Positions 18,995 through 27,469 of a stretch of DNA of 64,000 nt are shown one piece after another. Within the stretch, counting starts at the first letter, position 1, and every line of letters starts with the position of its first letter. The DNA comes from Candidatus Latescibacterota bacterium (GTDB taxonomy: Bacteria > Latescibacterota > UBA2968): positions 832,001 through 896,000 of the forward strand of contig OZ242010.1 in NCBI GenBank assembly GCA_965204745.1, given 5' to 3'. Both the position numbers and the translations under genes were made by a program. The notes below the pieces were generated by a model. The model ran no database searches. It was not told the DNA's origin and worked only from the letters and a program-made list of their open reading frames with translations.

Positions 18995-19903
18995 TCAATC
19001 GAACCTGCTTGGTTTTCTTTTATACGCTGGCATGCCAAACCGCTGATTGCTCGGGTTGTTGCGGTGCTCGTGCTCAGGATTTCGGCCCTGTGGCGTCATG
19101 CCAAACCGCTGGTTGTTCGGGTTCTTGCTCTCTGACCGCTTGGGTTTTCTTATGACCTCTGCCATGCCGAATCCCACGCTGTTCTTGTCTCCGAAGCCGC
19201 ATTCATAGCCCACGCGAATCAACTCGGGCGCGCCAATGACTTGGAAGGGACACAGAACTCCGCGAATCTTGACGCCTTTGAAATCGACCAAGCGCGACAC
19301 CCGGCCCTTTCGCTTTGCGATGTACGCTTGGTCAAACGCCATAGCAAAGGACTGATCTCTTGGCGCGTGTCCGTGAATGGCTTCGTACTTCCGAATCAGG
19401 TTTTGGCGCACCAACTCCGAGAATTGCGGGTCATTGGCACGGCAGTAGTGCATCACGAGTTGCCCGTCGCGTTCGCGCTTGGTCGTCATCGTTATCGCGG
19501 CCAAACAGCGGAAACGCATCTGCCGGTCAAAACGCGGGGCACGCGGCACAGTCACATCGCGCACCCGGAGTTGCTTGTCGGCAATTTGCAAGACGCCCGT
19601 CTGCATCAAAGACGCGGCAAAGTTCTCTAAAAACGCTTGTTGCGGCGACGAGACATACCACGTCAAAGAGAACTCAAAGCGGATGCGGTCCCCTTGCACA
19701 ACGCGCTGTTTTGCCATCAGTTGCGAAAACGTGAACAGCTTGAACCCCCGACGGTCGCGTTCATAGCCGGTCTCGTGGAGAAAGTGCGCGTATTCCGGGT
19801 CGGATTGTTTGAGAAATTGATAGACGACACCGGTGAGGAGGTGGTTGTAGTTGATGGGCAATGTCACGCCTTGCCCGATATCGCAGATGATCTTAATTCG
19901 CAT
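18995..19903 (-). CDS. cas6: Cas6 endoribonuclease with C-terminal extension
   Basis: LPINYNH, FLHETGY, FKLFTFS, GFGDKNSVGFG; start MRIKI at 19903. Confidence 0.95.
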   Translation of the reverse strand: MRIKIICDIGQGVTLPINYNHLLTGVVYQFLKQSDPEYAHFLHETGYERDRRGFKLFTFSQLMAKQRVVQGDRIRFEFSLTWYVSSPQQAFLENFAASLMQTGVLQIADKQLRVRDVTVPRAPRFDRQMRFRCLAAITMTTKRERDGQLVMHYCRANDPQFSELVRQNLIRKYEAIHGHAPRDQSFAMAFDQAYIAKRKGRVSRLVDFKGVKIRGVLCPFQVIGAPELIRVGYECGFGDKNSVGFGMAEVIRKPKRSESKNPNNQRFGMTPQGRNPEHEHRNNPSNQRFGMPAYKRKPSRFD

Positions 19904-19912
19904 GGCAGGACC

Positions 19913-20137
19913 CTTGTATCTTCGGGCGAGCACCGGGGCATCGCCCCTACGACGGGGATTGGGCGGGGCGGGCTGACAACTGACAACTTGAGAGGCACAG
20001 CGCGGTGGCCTTCTCCCTCTTGTATTTTTGGGCGAGCACCGGGGCATCGCCCCTACACACTGCTCACCTTTGAACTGGCTATCGCCAGTTGTACCCCGCT
20101 CGTGCCTTTTGTGCCTTTTGTGGCTTTTGTGGCTAAA
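19913..20137. repeat. Two REP-like hairpins (CTTGTATCTT-GGGCGAG...TCGCCCCTAC) plus 7-mer and 9-mer tracts
   Basis: Copies at 19913-19950 and 20019-20056; relatives at 8243-8273, 12465-12502, 21066-21103. Confidence 0.85.
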
Positions 20138-20150
20138 CTTTCATCTCACC

Positions 20151-20900
20151 TCATCCGCGGCCAATGTACGGCATTTTGGTCGCGGTGATCGTGAGGAATT
20201 GCACATTGGCGTCTAAGGGCAGGCTCGCCATGGAGAGCACGGCTTGGGCCACGCCGTTGACATCCATCGTGGGTTCGACCAAAGTCGTCCCATTGGCTTG
20301 CAGGACCCCGGCTTGCATGCGCTCGGTCATGTCGGTTGCTGCGTTGCCAATGTCGATTTGCCCGCAGGCGATATCGTACTTGCGCCCGTCGAGCGCGGCG
20401 GATTTGGTGAGGCCCGTCACCGCGTGCTTGGTCGCTGTGTACGGCGCGGAGTTGGGGCGGGGAACGTGCGCGGAGATCGACCCATTATTGATGATCCTGC
20501 CGCCCATCGGACGCTGGTCTTTCATGAGCTTGAACGCCTCCCGAATGCAGAGAAACACGCCGGTCAAGTTGGTGTCGACCACGGCTTGCCACTGTTCGTA
20601 CGTCAAATCCTCGAGGGCGATGCCACGCGGCGCGCCAATGCCCGCGTTGTTGAACAACACGTCGAGCCGCCCAAATTTCCCTTGGGTCTTGGCAAAGAGA
20701 TTTTCCACAGACGCCGGATCCCCGACATCCGTGGGCACGACCAAGGTCTTGGATGCGCCAGCTTCTCGCGCAGTGGCGTTCAAGGGGGCTTCGCGCCGGC
20801 CGGCCAGCACCACCGCATATCCCGCCTGAAAAAAGGCGAGCGCGGTGTGTTTGCCAATCCCGCTGCCCGCGCCCGTGATCATGGCTACTTTTTCAGTCAT
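20151..20900 (-). CDS. SDR family oxidoreductase
   Basis: [17 protein letters not shown]; the longer track ORF runs through repeats. Confidence 0.95.
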   Translation of the reverse strand: MTEKVAMITGAGSGIGKHTALAFFQAGYAVVLAGRREAPLNATAREAGASKTLVVPTDVGDPASVENLFAKTQGKFGRLDVLFNNAGIGAPRGIALEDLTYEQWQAVVDTNLTGVFLCIREAFKLMKDQRPMGGRIINNGSISAHVPRPNSAPYTATKHAVTGLTKSAALDGRKYDIACGQIDIGNAATDMTERMQAGVLQANGTTLVEPTMDVNGVAQAVLSMASLPLDANVQFLTITATKMPYIGRG

Positions 20901-20982
20901 CGTCAAATCTCCTGATGGGTGAAAGGTTGTCGGTATTACATGATAACATCCCAAAGGCATAAATAAAAAAATCTCTCTCCAA

Positions 20983-21225
20983 AGCGGTAAGAGGTGAGAC
21001 GCAAGAGGCAAGAGGTGAGACGCAAGAGGGAAGAAGGCAAGAGGGGAGAGGCAAGAAGCAAGATCGTAGGGGCGATGATCCCGCGCTCGTCCAAAGATAC
21101 AAGAGGGGAGAGCGGTAAAAGGTAAAAGGTGAGACGCAAGAGGTGAGAAGGCCGCCCAAAGCGGTAAGAGGTGAGACGCAAGAGGGAAGAAGGCCGCCCA
21201 GCCACCCCAAAGGCGATCCGCGGTA
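20983..21225. repeat. 7-bp periodic tract (AAGAGGT/GAGACGC/AAGAGGC) with embedded REP; partly repeated inverted at 62630-62705
   Basis: Direct inspection. Confidence 0.85.
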
Positions 21226-21252
21226 CACCTTTTCGTTGACGCGCCGATAAAT

Positions 21253-21292
21253 GCAAAACGCCCGAAGCCTATACTGTGATGACTTCGGGCGT
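21253..21292 (-). terminator. Intrinsic terminator-like hairpin
   Basis: ACGCCCGAAG / CTTCGGGCGT stem followed by a short T run on minus. Confidence 0.55.
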
Positions 21293-21449
21293 CTCTATCC
21301 GCCATTGGGCGTAGTGACTGCTATCGGCATTCCTCTTTGCTAACGCTGTGCTCAGAGGGCGACGCCTGCTCATCCCCTCTTGAAAGCGACTTGGTTTGCT
21401 GACCGCGACCTTGGACGTAAAGCCCCCCACCGTTGCCAGCACCGTTTTG

Positions 21450-22274
21450 TCAAATTTTGCTATAGTCGGGTTCTTCGGGTTCGATGACCTCAATGCCCTT
21501 ATCGCGCAGGACTTGCGCCCGGTGGCTGTGGATATCCGCCGTGGCCAGAATGATCCGCGTGGGTTCGATTCCAGTGGACTTGGTGTACAGAAGACGCTTG
21601 CGTTCCAGACGCTCTCCGATGGTGCGCCCCACGCTCGCGGCGATTTCGATAAGGATATGCTGATGGTCGTAAATGACGACGTCGAATTGTTCGCCCTCGA
21701 TGACGCGCTGCTCGACCTCAACCCCAAAGGATTCCTCAAGCAATGTGGCAATGGTCTTGCGAAACACGATTTCATTGCGGATTCCCCAGCGCGATCCCAG
21801 CCGATCAATGGCCTGATGGAGTCCGAACTCGAGGTCAACCATGCGCACTTCCACCTCCTCGAAACGCTGATACATCTCGTTGCGAAATGCCTCTATCTTT
21901 TGATCGACTTGCTCGAAACGTTGGTTCATCTCTGCGCGCAAGGCAGTTATCGCCCCCTCTGCTCGCTCAAGGCGTTGATCGACTTGCTCAAACCGTTGAT
22001 CGACTTGCTCGAAGCGTTGGTTCATCTCTGCGCGCAAGGCATTTGTCGCTCCCTCTGCTCGCTCAAGGCGTTGATCGACTTGCTCAAAGCGTTGATCGAC
22101 CTCAGCGCGCAACTCGCGCAATTCATCCAAGATCACGGCCAGCTCTTCGCGGCGCACGAACGCTTTCAAGAACCCCTGGAAAATCACCGGCTCGAGTTCT
22201 GGGCGGCGTTCTAACAGATCGGGTAATTGCCGGCTGAACACGTCAATCAATTCTTCATCGCTGAATGTCACCAT
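21450..22274 (-). CDS. Coiled-coil repeat protein with C-terminal PD-(D/E)xK-like domain (DUF3782-like)
   Basis: VDQRFEQ heptads, LGSRWGI..E..FR, FDVVI...HILIEI. Confidence 0.75.
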   Translation of the reverse strand: MVTFSDEELIDVFSRQLPDLLERRPELEPVIFQGFLKAFVRREELAVILDELRELRAEVDQRFEQVDQRLERAEGATNALRAEMNQRFEQVDQRFEQVDQRLERAEGAITALRAEMNQRFEQVDQKIEAFRNEMYQRFEEVEVRMVDLEFGLHQAIDRLGSRWGIRNEIVFRKTIATLLEESFGVEVEQRVIEGEQFDVVIYDHQHILIEIAASVGRTIGERLERKRLLYTKSTGIEPTRIILATADIHSHRAQVLRDKGIEVIEPEEPDYSKI

Positions 22275-22333
22275 AGATCGCTCCTTTCTCATAAAATAGC
22301 GATGGGTTCACATGGGATTGTGTTTTCAAACAA

Positions 22334-22362
22334 AATATAGCGTATAATCGGACTTTTTGCAA
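22334..22362 (-). promoter_or_regulatory. Sigma70-like promoter
   Basis: TTGCAA-17 nt-TATATT upstream of 22274. Confidence 0.5.
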
Positions 22363-22552
22363 TATCGTTTTGCCCGCGATGAAATCATCCGAGCGACCAG
22401 GCGTCTAAGTAGCGTGGTCGCCTATAGTTTGGTTTCTCGAATCGCGCAAATACGCTCCCCATTCGCTGTCTCTTTTGAGACGCTTTAGGGTATCTCGCAC
22501 CTCCTGCAAATTGGTATAAGGGCGTGGGCACTCGCTTTCGCCTTTCGTTCGG

Positions 22553-23398
22553 TCAAGGCAAGATATCTACGGTCAACCTGTCCGGTTGCGCTGGATTGCA
22601 CGCCCACAGCATTTTGGGATCGCACAGTCGGGGGGCTTGGGGCGGATGGTCTGGCAATGTCCAGTCGGGGTTGTATTGCTGGATCAGGGCGATGGCATTG
22701 CGATAGGCAATTCGCTCTTTCAGATCGTCTTCGCAGTCGGCTTCTTCGATGACGCGCTGGAGAAAGCGGTAGTCGTAATACGGCAAGTCCGCGCCAAAGA
22801 TCAGCCGGTCTCGTCCGACTTTATCGGCAAACCAGTTGAAATCCCAGGTGGAGCCCCGGCCATCCGGGTACTGAACGACCTCGAACCAAAGGTTGTCGTG
22901 TTGCGCCAAGTTCTCAGCCGCCCAAGTGCTGGCGTGTACGATGAACTGTGCCTGGGGAAACAGTTGCGCGGTGCGGTGCATCAGTGGGTCGTGCCAGTGC
23001 AAATTGCACAGTCCGTTTCGCGCGGCGGCAACCTCTATCATCGGCAACACTTCTTCCTTCATCGGCGGATGTCCGACCAAACCGACCAGGCCCAAGTCGT
23101 CCATTGCCTTTTCCGCTTCATCGATCCCGCGTTCTCCAAAGCGCGGCTCGATCAGGGCCAGGCCAATGGGAAACGCGGTTGGAAAAGTTTTGCACGCCCG
23201 TGCAATCGCCTCGTTCTGTTCTCGAATATCTCGAATCCCCCGCACAATTGGACTGCCCACGGCGGTTGGCATTGAAATGGCCGCGTGAATATCGGTTTCA
23301 GCGAATCGGGACAAACACATTTGGACATTTTGCCCGACGGTGGGCACGCGGTCAATGGTTCGTCCGATGTGGTTGTGACAACATATATACGGTCTCAT
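22553..23398 (-). CDS. Amidohydrolase family protein
   Basis: CHNHIG (HxH) and LIFGADLPY. Confidence 0.85.
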   Translation of the reverse strand: MRPYICCHNHIGRTIDRVPTVGQNVQMCLSRFAETDIHAAISMPTAVGSPIVRGIRDIREQNEAIARACKTFPTAFPIGLALIEPRFGERGIDEAEKAMDDLGLVGLVGHPPMKEEVLPMIEVAAARNGLCNLHWHDPLMHRTAQLFPQAQFIVHASTWAAENLAQHDNLWFEVVQYPDGRGSTWDFNWFADKVGRDRLIFGADLPYYDYRFLQRVIEEADCEDDLKERIAYRNAIALIQQYNPDWTLPDHPPQAPRLCDPKMLWACNPAQPDRLTVDILP

Positions 23399-23514
23399 GA
23401 CACTCCTTTCGCGGTTGCATGGGGCGGGATATGTGCTAGATTGTCTCTGCGTCAAAGGGCGAGGAGTTGTCCCTCGTCTCGCAATCCCATCTTGCAATTC
23501 AACGAGACATTCCC

Positions 23515-24774
23515 ATGCGCGATTATCCCTCTCCTCATTATCCCGCCCGGTGCAAGCGCACGCACCGCATTTCCGATCTGCGGCCCCGTGAATTTGCCGT
23601 TGTCGCAGGACGGCTTATGGGCCGCGACGCGCTTTCCGATGAGACGGGAAGGCTTTGGCTTTGTTTTCAGGGCGCGGCCGATGTGTGCGTTGGAGATATC
23701 GTCGAGGTCGAAGGCCATCTCAAAGCGGGGTGCTTTCACGCGAGAGCCTTGCGGGTGCTCGTGCCTTCTCGGGGCGATAGTGTTGCGTTACGTGCTGAGA
23801 CGCAGGTACGTTTGCGTCAACGCGCAGAGATCATCGCCGGGATTCGCCGGTTTTTCGATGAACAAGGCTTTGTCGAGGTTGAAACCCCTGCGCTCGTGTC
23901 GCAACCGGGTATGGAGCCGCACATCGAGGCTTTTCAGACGACTTATGATGCGCGTCCGTTTTACCTGCATACCTCGCCGGAGTATGCGATGAAACGCCTG
24001 CTCGCGGCTGGCTTTGAGCGGATATACCAGCTTTGCAAGGTGTTTCGCCATGAACCCGCTGGCAGAATGCACAGTCCCGAATTTAGCATGCTCGAATGGT
24101 ATCGCGCTTATGCCGATTACACGGATATTATGGTGGATGTTGAAAATCTGGTCGCCCAACTCGCGACTGCTCTAAATGGAGAGCCCGTTATTCGGACCGC
24201 TCGCCACACGGTCGATCTCACCCCGCCGTGGCCGCGGCTCACCGTGCGGGACGCCCTGTTTCACTACGCGGGTATTACTGCGGATGCCTATTTGGAGACC
24301 GACGCTTTTATTCGACAAGCCCATGCCAAGGGGCATGCGACAGTTGGCGAGGGCGATTCGCCGGATATCGCGTTTTTCAAGGTTTTTTTGGATGGCGTTG
24401 AACGGCACTTGGGCACGCAAAAGCCCGCGATTCTTTGCGATTATCCGGCCCCGATGGCGGCACTGGCAAAACGCAAGGCCAGCGCGCCGGAGGTGGCCGA
24501 GCGGTTTGAGGTTTATATTGCGGGTGTGGAGTTGGGCAATGCGTTTACAGAACTCAACGATCCGGACGAGCAACGCCAACGCCTAAAAGAAGAAGCCGCC
24601 CAACGCCTTCGCGATGGCAACCCGGCCTATCCGATAGACGAGCACTTTCTCGCGGCACTCGAATGCGGCATGCCGCCTTCTGGGGGTATTGCGCTGGGTG
24701 TCGACCGGTTGGTGATGCTCCTCACTGGGGCGTCGTCCATTCAAGAGGTCGTTGCGGTTCCGTTTGATGCATGA
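23515..24774 (+). CDS. epmA: EF-P lysine ligase (EpmA/GenX) with N-terminal extension
   Basis: GFVEVETP, YLHTSPEYAMKRLLAAG, HSPEFSMLEWYR, ERFE, GIALGVDRL. Confidence 0.9.
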   Translation: MRDYPSPHYPARCKRTHRISDLRPREFAVVAGRLMGRDALSDETGRLWLCFQGAADVCVGDIVEVEGHLKAGCFHARALRVLVPSRGDSVALRAETQVRLRQRAEIIAGIRRFFDEQGFVEVETPALVSQPGMEPHIEAFQTTYDARPFYLHTSPEYAMKRLLAAGFERIYQLCKVFRHEPAGRMHSPEFSMLEWYRAYADYTDIMVDVENLVAQLATALNGEPVIRTARHTVDLTPPWPRLTVRDALFHYAGITADAYLETDAFIRQAHAKGHATVGEGDSPDIAFFKVFLDGVERHLGTQKPAILCDYPAPMAALAKRKASAPEVAERFEVYIAGVELGNAFTELNDPDEQRQRLKEEAAQRLRDGNPAYPIDEHFLAALECGMPPSGGIALGVDRLVMLLTGASSIQEVVAVPFDA

Positions 24775-24939
24775 TGGATACTAAAACAGGGTGGAAGATG
24801 TTTGTCTCCCACCCTGATCGGGCTCTGATTGTTCGCGGCGGTTGCGCCACTTGGAAAACGTCCCTGTGCGTTTGCACATGCAAACAGCGGGTCGTTCACT
24901 CCCCCTTCCCGATTTTAGTCTGTGGTTGCAAGGGCTGTG

Positions 24940-26109
24940 TCAATCCTCCCACTGCAAGGTTCCGGCACTTTGGTAGTCTGTTACGCGCGTCTCAAAAAAG
25001 TTTTTTTCCTTTGCCATGTCAATGGTTTCGCTCATCCACGGAAAGGGATTTTTCGATCCGTGAACCGCTTGTAGCCCAATCCGTTCCAACCTGCGGTCCG
25101 CGATAAATTGCACGTATTCGCGGAACAGCCCTTCATTGAGCCCCAACACCCCGTCGGGCAGACAATCCCTCGCATAAATCACTTCGTATTCCACGGCTTC
25201 ATGGATCAGGTCGTAGATGTCCCGTTGCAAATCCGGCGTCCAGATTTCCGGATTCTCCAGCTTGATGGTGTTGATCAAGTCAATTCCAAAGTTCAGGTGA
25301 ACGGTCTCGTCGCGCAAGATGTACTGGAACTGCTCGCCAATGCCGGTCATTCGGTTCTGACGATGGAAGGAGAGGATCATCACAAAGCCACTGTAAAAGA
25401 AAATGCCTTCCATAATCACGTAAAAGCCCACCAAATTTTTCACAAATTTTTTCATGCCTTCCGCGCTTTGCGTTGAAAAATTGGGTGCCAACACATCTTC
25501 GGTCAGGGCCATGACGAATTTGTCTTTGCCTTCGATAGACGCTACTTCGTGGTACATGTTGAAGACTTCGCGGCCGTCCAGGCCAAGGGATTCGACGATG
25601 TAGTGAAAGGTGTGCGTGTGGATGGCCTCTTCAAATGCCTGGCGCAACAAATATTGCCGCGCTTCCGAGTTGGTGATGTGCTTAAAAATCGCCAACACGA
25701 TGTTGTTGCCGACCAAGCTCTCGCCCGTGCTGAAGAACCCCAGATTGCGTAAAATCACCTGCCGCTCGGCCTCATTGAGTCCGTGGGGATTTTTCCAGAG
25801 TTCGATGTCGCGCTGCATCGGCACTTCCGTCGGCATCCAGTGATTGGCGCACCCATTCAGGTAGTGCTCCCATGCCCATTCGTATTTCAGGGGCATCAGT
25901 TGGTTCACATCCACTTGCCGGCAGTTGAGCAAACGCTTGTCCTCTGGATCGATGCGCTTGCCCAAATCGTAGGCTTCGCCATTGGCCCCGCAACACAGGG
26001 CAGACGCAATCCCATTCGCCCCGGCGTCCGCATGACTATTGCCATTGTGTTGCGTTGCGCTATACTGCACCTGCACATGATCCCCAACATCTTCAAATAT
26101 CAGCGACAT
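24940..26109 (-). CDS. nrdB: Ribonucleotide reductase beta subunit, class Ic signature
   Basis: [49 protein letters not shown]. Confidence 0.95.
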   Translation of the reverse strand: MSLIFEDVGDHVQVQYSATQHNGNSHADAGANGIASALCCGANGEAYDLGKRIDPEDKRLLNCRQVDVNQLMPLKYEWAWEHYLNGCANHWMPTEVPMQRDIELWKNPHGLNEAERQVILRNLGFFSTGESLVGNNIVLAIFKHITNSEARQYLLRQAFEEAIHTHTFHYIVESLGLDGREVFNMYHEVASIEGKDKFVMALTEDVLAPNFSTQSAEGMKKFVKNLVGFYVIMEGIFFYSGFVMILSFHRQNRMTGIGEQFQYILRDETVHLNFGIDLINTIKLENPEIWTPDLQRDIYDLIHEAVEYEVIYARDCLPDGVLGLNEGLFREYVQFIADRRLERIGLQAVHGSKNPFPWMSETIDMAKEKNFFETRVTDYQSAGTLQWED

Positions 26110-26215
26110 AACAACTCCTTTCAGATCAAATCAGCGGAACTTTTGGCAAATCTGAACATCTTTGCTTTCCCAGTTCCATTGTCTTTGAAAAACTGCTGTT
26201 CGCGCCTCGGATACC

Positions 26216-26533
26216 TCACCCGGTTACAGGGCGTTTTTTGTAAATGGTGATTCCAAAGGCGTCTATGTGTTGCTTGAGCGGAATGGATGCGATGGTCTCG
26301 TAGGCTTGCAGGTCGCACTGTTGCGGGATGGGGATGTCCTCTAAGTCGAGGGCGAGCCTGCCGAGGCGGTGTTCGTTCACAATGCCCATGGTGGCTAAGT
26401 CAATGTCTGAATGCGCGGTTGCCCGGCCCGTGGCGCGAGACCCAAAGAGCTTGACTTCTGTCAATTCGGGATAGGCGGCAAAAACCCGGGTGAACTTTTC
26501 TATGGTTGCAACGGACAATGCAGGCGCGTTCAT
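26216..26533 (-). CDS. Minimal nucleotidyltransferase (MNT antitoxin)
   Basis: LFGSRATG...SDIDL. Confidence 0.9.
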   Translation of the reverse strand: MNAPALSVATIEKFTRVFAAYPELTEVKLFGSRATGRATAHSDIDLATMGIVNEHRLGRLALDLEDIPIPQQCDLQAYETIASIPLKQHIDAFGITIYKKRPVTG

Positions 26534-26936
26534 TGTAACGGTACCTCGGGTAGCAAGTTCTCGTAGAGCGCGTCCAAAATGTTCAAATAGCGCGTGTGTA
26601 TGTTCCTGACGACGGCCTTAAATCTGGCGTATGCGACATTTTGTTGCGATCTGTGAGCATATCCATCCATGTTTTGCCATTCTCAATCAACTTGGCCTTG
26701 CATGCCTCGCGTATCACGTTGCGCGGCGTTATGGTTTCGATTCTCACCCCATCGTACTCAAGGCGATCTTTGAGGACATTCCACGCCAACTCGAATGTGT
26801 ACTCAAATCGCTGTACGACACCTTCACACTCCAATTGGTTCAAAGGTTCCACACCATTTTCCAGTGCCTCATGCAACAGGTGGTAGGCGCGGGAGAAATT
26901 CTTGAAGCGATATACCCATCGTATTTCTCGGTTCAT
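26530..26936 (-). pseudogene. HEPN (HI0074-type) toxin, frameshifted just after the RxxxxH motif
   Basis: GVVQRFEYTFELAW and RNKMSH. The natural-looking tail (FKAVVRNIHTRYL...PLQ*) is in another frame and ends in ATGA overlapping the MNT start. Confidence 0.8.
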
Positions 26937-27031
26937 CCCGCGGCTCCCTTATAGTCTTTCATCCATCCAACATTACAGAATAGATAGCTCATGGTTACTC
27001 CTTTTTAGAAGCCGTTTTTGAGACCCTCAAT

Positions 27032-27343
27032 TTACTTCTCTATCAGCACCACATGCGTTGCGTTGATATTTCTGCGGAACGACTCTGGCACTTCGTCCCA
27101 CACGAGGACATCCACCCGAAAGGGCAGGTTGCTTTCTTCATAAGCTTCGCGCAGGTCTGAAACCTGTCTTTTTTGTTCCGGCGTTGCAAAAACCACCATA
27201 TCTAAATCGGAGTATGGACAGGCGGTCCGCTTGACGCGAGACCCGTAGGCCCATGCTGTAATATCCGGCAGATACTTTTTTAACAAGTCGAGAATGAGGT
27301 CGTACTGGTCGTCGGTCATGTCTATGGTAGCGTTCCGTCCCAT
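27032..27343 (-). CDS. Minimal nucleotidyltransferase (MNT antitoxin)
   Basis: AYGSRVK...SDLDM and LPFRVDV. Confidence 0.9.
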   Translation of the reverse strand: MGRNATIDMTDDQYDLILDLLKKYLPDITAWAYGSRVKRTACPYSDLDMVVFATPEQKRQVSDLREAYEESNLPFRVDVLVWDEVPESFRRNINATHVVLIEK

Positions 27344-27469
27344 GTCTCTCCGCTCTTAATCCTGGCGGTCACAGGACCCGCCACTATGTTCTCACCGCTC
27401 GCCTTTTTTTTTCGCTATCGCCAGTTGTATCCCGTTGGTGGAGAAACTCATCTCTCGTCTTTCGCCGCG

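Noticed and set aside
13573-19903. CRISPR-associated transposon (CAST)
   Set aside because: No tnsA/B/C or tniQ, and a cas3 stump shows secondary loss.
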